DNA of 64,000 bases from positions 71,796,001 through 71,860,000 of the forward strand of contig JBITNC010000001.1 of assembly GCA_050084985.1 (NCBI GenBank). Direction: 5' to 3'. This DNA is from Nageia nagi. Its lineage: Eukaryota > Plantae > Pinophyta. The position numbers were made by a program, and so were the translations under genes. Shown here in pieces: positions 39,402-53,205 of this stretch (position 1 is the first letter of the stretch; each line of letters opens with the position of its first letter). The notes below the pieces were generated by a model that worked only from the letters and a program-made list of their open reading frames with translations, was not told where the DNA came from and did no database searches.

Positions 39402-42400
39402 ATGGCAAGTGATAAGAATAATTTGGTGTCTGCATAAGAAGGACCAAATGCTAACTTGGTAGCAATTCATGAGAAGTATTTGGAGAATGCTCCAAGGATA
39501 AACTGGATGGAAGAGGGAGTCATAAACCATATGGATACCTAGCATACTAACCCTAAAAGAATCCTATTACAACATAAAGGCCAAAGTTTGCAGGCAAAGG
39601 GAAATCATAGGCTAAAGGAAATAATGTTATGCTAAACCAAGGCTTGGTGTACTTTATGCCCTATAAATCTTTCACTTGTGTAGAACTCCTTATTTTCATT
39701 GCACTTAGGCATAACCCACAAGGCTATATTATTAGAGCTTACAAGGAGTAGAAGAAGGAGAAAGAAGAGTCCAAGTACTAACCAAACATCTTTTTGGAAT
39801 ACTTCGAGAAGAAATTGTAAATGCATTTGTAGTCCCTATAGATTGGAGCTTCCATGTCAAGAAAAAAATTAATCTCAAAAAATAAGGGCTAATTTTTATT
39901 AGAATGAAGTTTATATGATCGATTGGATTGATAAAAGGTATCATAAAAGCACCACCAAACTCCTCCAAAGCTACAAAATTGCCTCCTTTGAGAAATCTTA
40001 GTACAAACATGTACTATAGGTGTAGGCTATCATTCTTGGGTGAGTAACCCAAATCAAGGTAGATGAAGCCATGATGAGGATGGCATATAATATTATTAAA
40101 GGTATCATCTACTATGATTTTTATACCTTCATCTCAAATGAGGTCAGGAGAAATTTGTTCAATATTAAAAAATCTAATGTTTGACACTCATCCTAGTTAT
40201 GGTGGCTCATAGTCCAACAAAATTTGGAAGCTTTGATGGAATAAGGACTGTAGATCGAACTAACTACTTCATCTACAACACCCACACCAATTGATTTGAG
40301 AGTGTAGATGCTCACAAAAGTCCATGGCTCTTATTATGAGTTCATGAAGAGATTTGTTTCTCCATTCATGAGGATTCTCATTGAGAGGGTCACTCACAAA
40401 CTACACCAATCTACCATGAATGAGCTATAAGGAGGCAATAAGATAGGAGATTAGTATTTTTTGAAGAATCGCATATTAATAATAATGTTGGTTATTTTTA
40501 AACCCCAAGTTTGTTACCTAAATTTGTCACCTTGTAATTATATTCTTTAGAAATGGGTAGAAAAATCTATGCTATAGAAACCAAATGTAGGTTTTGGGTA
40601 ATTTCAAATTTTTATCAAATTACCTACCATATCTATAAATTTTACCTTAATGGTGGTAGGTTTTAAAGATGAGTTAGCAAACTTTATTATACCAAATTTT
40701 AAATTAGATACTATAGATAACCCCTAGATATATAACCCAATAGGTAAAATAACATAAATAATAAAATCAAATAAAAAATGCTTGATATTTGGTCATGAAT
40801 CCTGACCCCATATAGAGTATTTTTCAAACCAAAATGAAGAGGAGGCCAAGGCATCCCCATAGTAGGGATTCAAGATTTTGGACAAGGCATGGATGGCCCT
40901 TGAGGGTGTGAAAAAGTACAGGTTCTAGGAGACTAGATGTTAATATTTTCCCTTAAAAGTGGAGGTTGTCACTCATTTATAGGATGAGTTGGGTTGGGGT
41001 CCCAAAAAAATTGAAGATTTTACTAAGTATAGGTTTGAATACACCACCAAAGTGGTGCATGTTGAAAAATAATGCTATGGTGAGTATAATTATGATCAAT
41101 ATTGGAATGCATAATACCTAAAAGAATCACTCCTAGAGAAGGGACAAGCAATCTTGACCAATTTACAAGGAATATCAGGGGGAGAAAATCAACCATTGGT
41201 GCTACTATCACAAGAGCTAAAGAATCCATGAAAGAGAAACGCAGAGGAAGCCTTTAATTCTTGTTAGCTTCAAAAAAAGAAAAAAGAGGCTCAAGTTGTA
41301 GCACCTACTATTTTTAGGGAGTCTTCCCCCAAGAAAATAAAAAGGAGTAGGCTAGTGTAAAAATTGCAACAAACCCCATAAAATAAATAAGTGTTGGAAA
41401 ATAATCCTATTAAAAAGTAATCTATAATAGTAAAAAGTACCCCATCTCTAAGGGCAGTAAGAGAAGAATAACCTGTAACAAGCATGTGAGACACTGAATT
41501 GGTTGATGTTAAAGAAACCTAAAGAGACCAAATAATGGACATAGTCATCTATCAAGAAGCATAAGAATATCCCATTGATGAAGTTCAACAAGGGGAAGGG
41601 AACATGTGTGGTACAAGTGGGGCTACATAAGTTGGAATGGGTTCAATAGAAGTAGGAGGAGGAGAAGCGGGTAGAGATATAGATGATGATGATGATCTAA
41701 AGAAGAAGGACTTCAAACCCATGGATAAGACACCAATAGATGAGGATATTGCTAAGGAAGAATAAGAAGAGTAGAAAGAAACACCTATTATGAAAATAGC
41801 AAAGAAGAAACCTACCCTAGATACTCTAATGTAAACTTTAAGGGTAGATACTTTTGAACATTCTTTGATTCCTTACTCCATCGCCTCAAGGGAAAAAATA
41901 AAGAGTATTTTTTCTACTCAAGTAGTAGAGGTCATTGATTGGGAAACATTTATCAATAAACCCCCTTCACTCTTGGAGTAGAAGGAGAATTATTAAATAA
42001 AGTTACAGATGTAGGGGATATAAAATTTCCATAGATGCCCATTACATATGGATAATTAGATACAACCCTTATGACTATTATAAATGTACATATGCAAAGT
42101 GCACTAGTAATAAATCATTCCAAGTTTTTGGTCAATACTTCCCTAGCTTTTGGTAAAAGTCTCCAAGATATGAAGAATAAAATAGATAAATTAAATAAAA
42201 AGGTAGAGCAATTCGAAGCGGATTGCTCCCATAAAGATAAAATAGCTTCTAAAATACAAAACCAAAATAATGAGTTGATTTAGAAGCTGTAAAAATAGAA
42301 ATTTGAATATGAAAAGAGCCTACAAATGCAAAAGTAGAGCTAGAGCAAACAAAGAAGTAGATTAAGAAGCTAAAGGCTCAATCTAGTATAATTGATAGGA

Positions 42401-43250
42401 AAAAGGCTAAAAAAATAGAAGAACTAAAGAAGACTATAGCTACTAATAAGATTTTTAATGATGATAAAATAAAGTTGCTATAGATCATCAAAGGTTAGAT
42501 GAAATGTTTAGTGGAGCAGATTGGAGAAAGAATGGTAATCTTGTTTAAACTCTATCATTTGAAAAATCAAGCATAATAGAAAATACTCCAATATGATGCT
42601 TTGAATGCTCTCCAATAGCTAGCCCTTAATTCCTTGAGAGAAAAAATTGAAGAAATGCAAATTTGGATAAGGGTTATCACTGAAAAGGACTTGGCCATTG
42701 TAACTCTAAGGCCAAAGCAAACACTTTTGAGGAGAATAGAAGATGTTTTTGATTTTAAAGATTTGGCATTTACCATGGACCTAGGAAAATATCAATTAAA
42801 TGTGGAAATAAGTTTTGTGAATAGGTTTTTCAATTCTTTAATTCATTTAAAAGCCCCTAATTTATGGGAGGAGTCTGATATACAAGTAGTGTTAACAGCT
42901 GGTTGGCAAGTACTAAGATATTTTTGGATAAAGACACAATAATAAATTTTTTTGAGAAGCAAATCTTAGATCTGCAAGAAATGAATGAGCGAGCTTAGAA
43001 GGTAATTACCAAATTTTTGAATGCTAGCTGACTGGAGAATATTCTGATGGGTTTTAAAGCTAACATTGTAAAGTATTAAGTATACCCCATTTTTTCACAA
43101 GTAGATAATAAAGATCTCTAGGATTTGTATAAGAAACTTCATTCCTTACTTCCTACAAAATTGATTCCTCAACAATAAGCCCCATAAAAGGATATAATTG
43201 GGCAAGCAAGTGGGAGTGGTCAATAAGGGTTCTATTCTCCAGTAGCCTAA
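39402..43250 (+). pseudogene. Long degenerate extra ORF downstream of pol, in the env position; unknown function, with acidic and coiled-coil segments
   Basis: Starts MASDKNNLVS. Contains KIGD*YFLKN..PSLLPKFVT (~40440-40530), an acidic tract (~41680-41770) and the coiled-coil-like ORF remnants 42071-42283 and 42634-42942. Confidence 0.65.
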
Positions 43251-43274
43251 AGACCTCGAGAGCTGGTAGAATAT

Positions 43275-45091
43275 TATTATTCTTATAGAATCACACTATG
43301 AAAAGGGTAATATTCTTTCAATTCATTACTCTTTCATTCTATCATTCATTCTTCCTATATCCCAATAAATTCCCTTCTATAAAGCTTGATTATTATACCA
43401 TTTTATTTCATAATTATAAATTATGTACAAAGTGTAAAGTGTCATACTTAGTCTATCTTTCACAATCTAGTTAAGTTTTGTATTTGGTCAAGGTATGTTC
43501 AGGTCATGTTCATGATACCGGGTCTTAGTTAAAGGTAGGGTACTTAAATAATGCCATTTTATTTATGAGGTAGGTATTGTTTTACATAATTATTTGGGTC
43601 ATATCTAGGAGATGTGACTAAGTCAAGGTCAAAGGGTTCCCATTCTTGTAGGATTGACTAAATATTTTTTTGGAAATATCATGTAAAAGTTCATATATCT
43701 GCCTAAGTCTGGTCTAGGTCTCATTGAGTGAGTATTCAATTAAGTTTGAGTATTGTATTAGTTCAAGAGTTCTTTCTAGGTATTTTTATATATGTGTCAT
43801 TCTAGAGTTAAATCACTCAGTGAGTGATGTTTTGGAATCCATGAAATCCTAAAGGAGGAGTTGTACCTCTTGATAGAAATTAGCAGGCTCTAATTTTATC
43901 TATCATTAGATGATCCAAGAAGTCTTAGTGGTGAGAGATGTTATAATGCTCACATTCAATAGACCCCATCGATTCTTTGTGATGAAATCATACATTTTAA
44001 GGAAAATTGGTGGGTGGTAATGCTTCACATATATTCAAAAAGACCCATCAAGCATGAATGAAGATTGTAGGAGGAAGGAAACACCCAAGTCCACTTAATC
44101 AAGAGTGTGTAATGCCTGGGACCTTGCCAATGTGTCAACTATAACTGATTTCCATAAGGAAAAAGTAGTTCATATTCATATTTTAATGATACATCTATCT
44201 TCATCCTTAAAGTAATCATAACCTGGTACAATAGTGCAAATATTTTTTATGGTTGTAGAAAGTTAGGTACCTTGTGACTGTTGATAGAGGATGATTGTAC
44301 TAATCAAGATGATAGGCCATACCTTTTTAAGTTTAGAAATAGCCACAAAATATCATAGTCAAATATAAATTGGATGGATTGTAGCTAGATAGGTACAAAA
44401 AATAAAGGACTATGGATTACAAAGCATTGGCTTTGAGTTAACAAAATATTATGCAATCAATCATAGATGTAGATTATGTTGTACATTTTGTAATTATTTA
44501 ATTCATACTATTTTTAGTCAAAGAGTAGTTAAAGATATTAATGGTGGACAATCACCTATTTTAAATAAGATTCTATAAGTAGTGGACTATTAAAGGTCCA
44601 AAAGGTTAGATATTTTAGCAAAGTTTCCTAGTGTAAGAAATATTTTTCATATATGATAATGCATTGCTATGATATTTTGCCCTTTATTATTTGTGGCTAT
44701 TAACTTATTCTAAAATTGTTATGTGTGAAGCATTGTCCTTATTTGTGGTTGTGTATTATGATTGCAATACTAAAAGGGTGAGTCAGTTATTCTATACTTA
44801 GTATTGGCACTGGATTACTACCTTTACAGTGATGACTAGGTTGATTAGTTTTAGTTTCCTTTTTGTAGTATAGATTTCAATCTCTTTCCTATACTCTTTA
44901 CCTCTTTTATCTCTTTATAATTTTTTTTACCTCTTTCATAGATAGGAATTGGCCTATAACCTAAATATTGAGCAGAAAACCCCCACGAACACACTATCCC
45001 ACCACCTTATGCTCTTTCAATAACCCTACTGTTGCAAGAAATGAAGAACTATACCAAACCAAAAATTTAGGTTACATTATACTGATCAACA
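43275..45091 (+). repeat. 3' LTR of the nested Tat element
   Basis: Colinear with 30905-32704. Confidence 0.92.
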
Positions 45092-45979
45092 CCAACCAAT
45101 AAAGGTGATTCAAGGCCATGGATGGTTTAAATATTTTCCATCCATGCTATATGATATGTTACCCATCATGAGGTACATGCCCCATTCTTAGGTGTGATTA
45201 AAGGTTGATTAGTTTGAATATTTACCAATCATACATGATTATAGTACTAGTGATAATATGGCCATTAGATTGAATATCAATTTTGTCCCAATATCTAGGT
45301 TAATCTAAGAAATATGGTTGATTTAGTCCCAACCAAATGATTAAAGCAATGATGATTATCTAACATCCATCCAACAAGGACATAATGTGCTAAGCATGAT
45401 AATGAAGTGTTAAATGATTATAAACATAAATCTAAGAGAGTAAAGAATAATACCTATACTTACCTATGATGAACAATTTGATTTAGTGAAAAATGCTAGC
45501 ATAGGTGTGGAAGGTAGTGTGAACATTGACCCTTATGTTGAATTAGACCTCATAGCTTTTCTAAGATTGAGGTATGAATGAGCTGTTATGATTGACTTAT
45601 GTGTGATGATTGAAATATGCATATGATTTTTCATGATATCATTTACATCATTGATTGTACTAATGTTGTTGGTTTGAAAATGATGACTGACTAATGGAGT
45701 TCTAAGAGTGACATATTGGTTATCAAACTTGACTCTAATTACTAAACCCTTTGATTTTGGTTGGAGCCTAAAATATACTAAGGATACCAACATGGGTGCT
45801 GGGATGGTTGAGGATTTTTACCCAAATAGCTAGCATGCTAGCTTAGCAAAGAAAGAATGGAGCTAAGATCCTAATTCCTAACCTCTATACTGATGATTGA
45901 TTGAAGGATTAGCTCTAAAACATGGGTGAGAAGATTTCCTCTTGTATAGAAGGGCTTGAGATACTTTATGTTGGTTGAT

Positions 45980-48900
45980 AATTTATCAACTTTCCCATCA
46001 ATTATTAACAATCTATATGTGTTATTTGGATACTTAGTCTTTATCATGTAAAGACCAAACCAATTAGTATCAAATTTACCTTTGTCTTATGTTTTAGCTT
46101 GTGACTTTTGATGATTTTCCTTGAGCACTAGATCACCCAATTAAAACTTATGTGGTACGATATTTTTTCCATGTGCTTTATTTTCTCTTCTTTGATAAGC
46201 TCTAAGATATTATAAGGCATGGATTCTCTTTTTATCCAATCCTTCTAGCTACCTTAATCAAGTGCTTTTCACTGCTCTTCCCAATCAATGATACCTTGTA
46301 GGGACACCCTTAATTATGGTATCTCAACCTCTAATGGTAAAATTGTCTCATCTCCATAAACTAATGAAAATGAGGTACACACTGTAGCCAATTTGATGCT
46401 TTTTCTATATGTCCATAAGGCATATGAGTTGAGAATGCTAATCTCTAAGATTTTTCTTGACTATCTTGCATAGGATGTTAACAATTATCTTGTTATTTGC
46501 TTTACCTTGTTCATTACCTTATGGATAGTAGGTTGATGAGAAATATTTTCTTGATTTTGAATCCCTTACAATATTCCCTGAATTGCTTTCTTCTAAATAT
46601 CTTTCCATTATCCATAATGAGATGGTATGGAACACCAAATATAGCAATGATATTTTTAGTCATGAATTTTATAATTTGAGGACCCTTAAATGATCTCAAA
46701 GGTTCAACTTCAACCCACTTTATGAAGTATTTTGTACGAACTAGGATGAATTTATGTCTTTTACTAGATTTGGGATTGATAACACCAATTAAATCCAAGG
46801 TCCAAATGGCAAAAGGATTGTAAAATTAACACCAATTTATGTCACTTCAAGGATCCTATTTCAAGGTAGCATGATTTTGACATTTTTCACATTTTTAAAC
46901 ATGTAAAATGCAACCCTTTTCCATATATGGCCAATAATATCCTAGTCATATAAACTTATGATAAATGGCTTTACCATTAAAATGAGCTTCATTTATGCTA
47001 TCATGTACTTTTTTGATACCCTTATTTGCTTCATTTTCATTTATACATCTAATTAATGTACCATCAAATGAACTTTTGTAAAGAATATCACCAATAAGGA
47101 CATACCTTGTAGCCATGCATTTTAACCTTCTTTTGAGGAACTTTGATTGGCATGAATATGGAATCTTTCCTTGATTAATTTAGTTATATATATCAACATA
47201 CCATGCATGTAATGGGAGAATAATACTTATAAGTGGTTCCTTCCTATAGAACCCTTGGATTTGATCATCATCTAGAAAGGAACAATGTATAAGGATCTCA
47301 ATTTTGATTATGGTTTCCTCATCTTCTATTGAGATAGGTGTTAGTGAAGCAACATTAGCCATAGCATATACAAATATCTTGTTTTTATTTGAGATATTCT
47401 CAAATTGAATCTATGTAAAACACCTTTGAACCATTTCTTCCACTAAGTGCTTATAAGGTTGTAACTTCTTATCTTTGGTGTTATAAGTATGATTGATTTG
47501 ATTGATGACAAGTTGTGAGTCACCATAGACATGTAGCTTTCAATCCTAAGACTAAAGCATCATACATAACCATGTTGTTTTTTTAGTCAAAAGTCAACTT
47601 GTAAGCCATGGGAATCATACCACCTTAAGAAGATACTAGCATAATTCCTACCCCAAACCCTTGTAAATATTTAGAGCCATCAAAGCATACTATCCAAGTA
47701 TTATCTTCACATTGCTAAACTATTAACACAAGATCATTTGTGTTACTATTTTCATCACATGATGTTACTACAAAAATATAAGCTATAACCTATCCTTTGA
47801 TTGGTTTTTATCTTGTATAGAGAAGATGGTTTCAAGAGAAAATACTGTATGGATCATCTTAAGCCACAATGAAGGTATTTGTGGTGATCATGTAAAGATT
47901 TAATTTTTGAGTTGTGTAAACTATTGCATAGCACAACTTCTCAATATATGTGTATTTTATTTTTGCATTCTGTAGTATCTTGGATAAGTAGTATACAACT
48001 CTTTCTCTTTTTTCACTATCAAGTAATATAAGGACTATCCTAATAGCATTGGTTGTAGTTGAACATATAAGTATAGTTGCTTGGTATGATTAACTAGCTA
48101 TTAGATAGGAGGGTTAAGCAAGTAGATATTGATATCCTCAAAGGCTTTTTGATACTCTTTTGTCTAGAAATATTGATTTCCCTTTCTAACCAAGTAAGAA
48201 AATAGAGATGTTCTATCTACTAATTAAGTTATGAACCTCTTGACTATTTGTAACTTCCCATGGAGATGTCAAACCTATTTAATATTTCATGGTGGAACCA
48301 TATCCATGAAATCTTTAACCTTTTTAGGATCTATATCTATGCTTCTTCTAGATACTATGTAACCAAGCAACTTACCACTTGAAACACCAAAGATACACTT
48401 CTTAGGATTTAACTTCAAGTTTTATTGTCTCATCCTTTAAAAAATTACTTTTAAGTACTCTAAATGGTTTTCATTTTTAGATGAATTAGCAAAAATATCA
48501 TCAACATAATCTTCAACTAATTTATGAATAAGATCATGAAACATAGTTACCATTGCTCTTTGATATGTTTCCCTTGCATTTGTGAGACCAAAGATCATGA
48601 ATATCTAGCAAAATGTTCCCCAAGGTGTAGTAAAGGCTATCTTGTGTTGATCGTCTTTATTGATTATGATTTGATTGTAACCTAAGAAACCATCCATGAA
48701 TGATAATATCTCATGTATTGATGTAGACTCCACAATTCTGTCAATGTTTGGAAATGGAAAGTTATCCTTTGGTTATTTGGCTTAAATATTTGAACAATGT
48801 TGGCTAACTAAGATGAATATTCAATAGGCTCAATGAATCCTAGTTTGTAGTATTGATCAATATCTTGCTTGAATAACAAAGAGTTCTTTGGGTGCATTGG

Positions 48901-49207
48901 TATTCTTTTCTACTGTATAAGCTTTACTCCTTCCTGTACCACCAAATTGTGCATTACAAAGGATGTTTCTAAAACCTATCATGTCATTGTATTCCTAGGA
49001 AAACATATCCTTAAACACTATCAAGAATTGATGATACATTTTCTTATCTTTCCTCATGATTCTTGTTCCAATTTGAATAATCTTTGGTACCTCTTCTATA
49101 CACCCATTGATTTCAATAGGAGGTTCATTCAACAATGGTATCTCATTACCAAGTTGAGATAGATTAGGCAATGCCTTCAATCTTATTATGAAATTAGAGT
49201 AATAATG

Positions 49208-49277
<70 letters not shown>

Positions 49278-52260
49278 ACACACACACCCATAGCTACATA
49301 TCCTACTCTACTAAATGAAAGAAGAAGGTAGCCTAGTGTAGTAGCAAAGAAACTACTATGTCCTCCATCTCCTCTCCAAAATAGCCACCATGTTTAGGAG
49401 TGCATCATCCATTTTTAACATATCAATAGACCTAGAAATTATTTTGTCAAGCATAGGATAAGGGTAATCATGCTTTATTTTCTTATCATGAGCATGGATG
49501 TTAGCATAGGCACTAGTCTTCTTGACATATTTACCCTTGATTTTTGAGGATATCTTGATCATGTTGATTAACTGCAACCTATTTTGGACTCATCATCATT
49601 GCTGTAGAAGACTAAATTTTTCTAATTTTCCTTCTTTATCTGTACACTACTTTTGCTTTTATTTGACTCAAACATCTTTGTAGGTAACTCTATGATTCCT
49701 TGTTCATCCTTACCAAGGTCATTGCCTTTGTATCTTTTGTATTCTATGCACTATGGTATCAATGATGTGTGATATCTAATTTTCCTAGTTTTATTATTGA
49801 CCTTTACAAATGATACCACCTTGTTATTATCTGGTTCTAATTTTGACTCTGATTTTGAAGTGTTGATATTGTACAATATTTTATGGACATCATCATCTTT
49901 TGATTTTGATTGATTTTGACTACATTTACAATAATGAGGGTAGCATGAGCACTAAGATAAGAGTGGATGCTGATGTTGGTATGGACATTGCTTGTCTTGA
50001 ACTTTGTGATAATTTTCCAATTTTATTGATATCTTCTTCAATCATCTTTTGATTGATGACATATGCGACAACACCTATTTCTTTGTACAACTGCATAGTA
50101 TCATTGTACTCTTCATACTCCTCACTATCTTCATCATTATGCTCATGGATTTTGATATTTTGGTATGGGACTATGGTGTTCCCTAACTTGTGCAATCATA
50201 TTTGGATTTTTATCCACTACTTCTATGATATATTCCTATCCATGATGATTAAATTTGATTAATATATGCAATGTAGATGGTACACACCTCTTTGGATGTA
50301 TCCATGGTCTCCAAAGGAGGATGTCATATGGAAGCTTTTTATCCAAGACATAGGTCATAACTCCCACTTTCTTTGGTCCCAACCAAATAGGTAGCATTAT
50401 ATGTACAACATATTCTTTACTATCACTATCATAACTTGTGATCTTGTACTTCTTTTGTCCAAAATTTGGCATCAATTTATTTCTAAACATTTTGAGGAAA
50501 TTGATGGAATACATGTTTAATCTTGTACCATCATTTACAAATGCATGCTTGACCATTTTTCCTAGTAGCTTTACACATATATATATTGGAAAGAATTTAT
50601 CAATGATATCATCATTAGGAATTTCATCATCAGTGAATGTAATAGCATTCTTGAAACAACTAATCATTCCTACCAATGAGCTAGTATAAATATTCGTATG
50701 AACATCAATGCCAATAAGGAGCTCAAACAATGCTAGTCTCTATTATTTAAAGTTATCAAATAATTAAAGTAAACTAATTTTATAATTCATATTTTTAAGA
50801 TTTTTTGAAATATTATTATCGCATTTATCCTTCTTTTGCTGAAGAGAAGATGTAGAAGGTAACTCTTTTGAAGTAGAAACTAGGTTAAGAATACCTTTCT
50901 TTGACCTTGTGATTGCATTGCATATTTGTTCTAATTTTGAACCTACATCTAAATATATATATGCACTAAATTCATCATCAAACTCAATAGGTTTACCATT
51001 ATCATAATAGACAATCATGTTCACCATGTTAATGGAAGGTAAATCTTTATTATTGATTTTGAGCACATCATTTTCATATGAAACTGTACCACTATCCAAC
51101 GAATGTTTTAATTTATTCCTAAAATATAACAACCTATTATATTATGTGCTTTGATTTTATGATATTTACAAAATTGATTTTTTCTATACCAATGAGGTTT
51201 CTCATCATTAGGTGCATATTCCTTTCCTTGAATTCATTTGCTTAAACCCTTATCTAAATAATCTTCAAATATTTGGTTAGGATTTACATGCAATGGATAC
51301 ATATCTTTTGAAAATTTTCTTTCCTTAGGTTTGTCTTGGTAGGATGGTTTAACAACATTGAATTGATTATCATCCTTTTTGTTATAGGACTTCCTACCAT
51401 TATCTTTGTTGGAGGATGATGATGTGTACTTAAGAAAACTAGACCTTACTAAGAATTCTATTTTCTCAATAAGCAAGTAAACCATATGCATAAATGAACC
51501 ATTAAAATGTGCAAAACCTTTTTCACCAATAATAGGATGAATATTTTTAATGAATACCTTTTTAATGAAGCTCTCTTCCACATTTTGTTCAATGTACCTC
51601 CAAAGCTTGATTAATAGAAGAGTTAACTTATCTAACCTCTTTATTTTTCCCTACTTGTAATGAATCAAATTTGTCAAATCAATTGGTTTCTTCATGTTGC
51701 ATATGAAGTGAGCTTTGAGATGATCCTTCAACTACTAATAAGATGTTATATAACCTAGTTTCAATCTATTAAACCACTTTTGAGCTTCTCTAGTTAAACT
51801 CATAGGAAAATATTTTGCTTTTAAATAGTCATCAACCCCACATTTAAGCTCCATAATGTATTAAAAATCCTAAATATGAGTAATAAGATCGGTCTAACCA
51901 TTAAACTTTTTGAAATTAGGATCTTTATCTATACCGATAAGTAGTGTATTGTGAATCTCCATACTCAATGGGTTACCCTTATTTTTTTTCGAATTGTACG
52001 AACTCTAAACTTGCCCCCAAGTTGTGCAACTCAAGACTCAAGATATTTGAAATCTTCATGGGTGAAGGTTCTTGAAGTAGACACATGATTTCCAACATTC
52101 AGGATACTATTAGCATTGGTGCTGATGGTAGAGTTCACACTGATGTGCATATTTATGCTAATCAGAGTGGCAATCTAGACTACTAGAGAAGATGCTTTTG
52201 CAATAAGAGCTTGAAACTCGAGCATTTCCATTTATTTGGCCAAGAATTTGCGAGTGATTT
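45980..52260 (-). pseudogene. Ogre-like gag-pol pseudogene: gag-PR-G-patch-RT-RH-aRH-INT
   Basis: Gag knuckle CKYHKIKAHN (~51145-51172); protease VKHAFVNDGTRLNM..PYDILLWRPWIH; G-patch YKGNDLGKDEQGIIE (~49690-49732); RT FMDGFLGYNQI and YVDDI; aRH WIVCFDGS..VYGDSQLVINQI (47330-47700); integrase DLIGVINPKSSKRHKFILV..MDNG. Confidence 0.93.
49209..49289. repeat. (CA)n microsatellite, ~40 units
   Basis: Directly visible. Confidence 0.97.
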
Positions 52261-52406
52261 CACCATTTATGTAACACTCATAAAATCTAGATCAAATTCA
52301 ACCAAGAACCCTAGGTTTCTTAATGTAAAATATAGGTAGGTTCGAGAGCACTCTTATTCTAACCCTAATTCAAAGAAATAAAATGCTATAAAGATGGGTG
52401 CCAATA

Positions 52407-53205
52407 TGTTGATATGTGTTTTGGTACAACTAGGATTATGTCTAGATGAACTCAAATCACATATACATTTTATTATATGATAAACTTAAGCTACTTAATT
52501 TAGGTAAACATACATAAATAAGGGAATTAAATAATGTATTAATAGTACAATGAAATTACAATGATATCAAGACGTAAAATGCAACTACACACATTAAAGA
52601 GAAAGGAATCGAGTAAAAGATAAATACCTTTATGTTCTTACCTATGTCGAGGTAAAGGATATAATTGATGAACTTATCAAAGGGTATTGAACTTGTTGTA
52701 TGAATCCCAAGGCCAAATGCAGAAGAAATAACAACATGAGAGCTAGTCTCAAGGAGCTCAACATTGGCACAGATATTAATGCATTCATTAATGATCATGA
52801 AGAAAGAGGTTCATCAACAAGGAATAATGAAAATATATATGAATACAAGTCAAACCAAGCATATGTTTGTAAGTGGATAACAAATATTCTTTTGAGTGAT
52901 AACAAGATTCCAATCTCAATAGGTGGCATTTAGAAACACCCAAGTGTAGGGTACCAACTATTGAGATGCAATCTTGACATGATTTTCCCAAGTTAGAGAT
53001 ACTTACATTTATATCAAGTGTGATTCACCATTTGACCCCTATGTGAAGGTAGTAGGTTTCCCAATGTACCTAACATAAAACATAAGAACACAACCTAAGA
53101 AATATGTGATAATAAGGTAAAATATGATTAAATATGACTAAATGTGATTAAAATATACACCTAAGTGGGGTCACACTCTAAGGGAACCACTTTTAGGTGT
53201 AAATA
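52407..53205 (-). repeat. 5' LTR of the Ogre-like element
   Basis: Homologous to 29594-30268, with the PBS adjacent. Confidence 0.88.

Larger units (their letters stand above)
30905..45091 (+). mobile_element. Nested Ty3/gypsy Tat element with aRH upstream of RT (TatII-like), full length but degenerate
   Basis: LTRs 30905-32704 and 43275-45091 both end ACTGATCAACA. Perfect TSD CCAAC at 30900-30904 and 45092-45096. PBS TGGCACACCTGGTGGGAC at 32722-32739 (tRNA-Arg type). Confidence 0.93.
29594..53205 (-). mobile_element. Ty3/gypsy Tat (Ogre-like) LTR retrotransposon, degenerate, hosting a nested element
   Basis: LTRs 29594-30268 and 52407-53205 both start TGTTGATATGT on the plus strand. TSD GATAT/AATAT (4 of 5 match). 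PBS TGGCACCCATC on the minus strand at ~52393-52403. The pol order on the minus strand is gag-PR-G-patch-RT-RH-aRH-INT. Confidence 0.9.
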
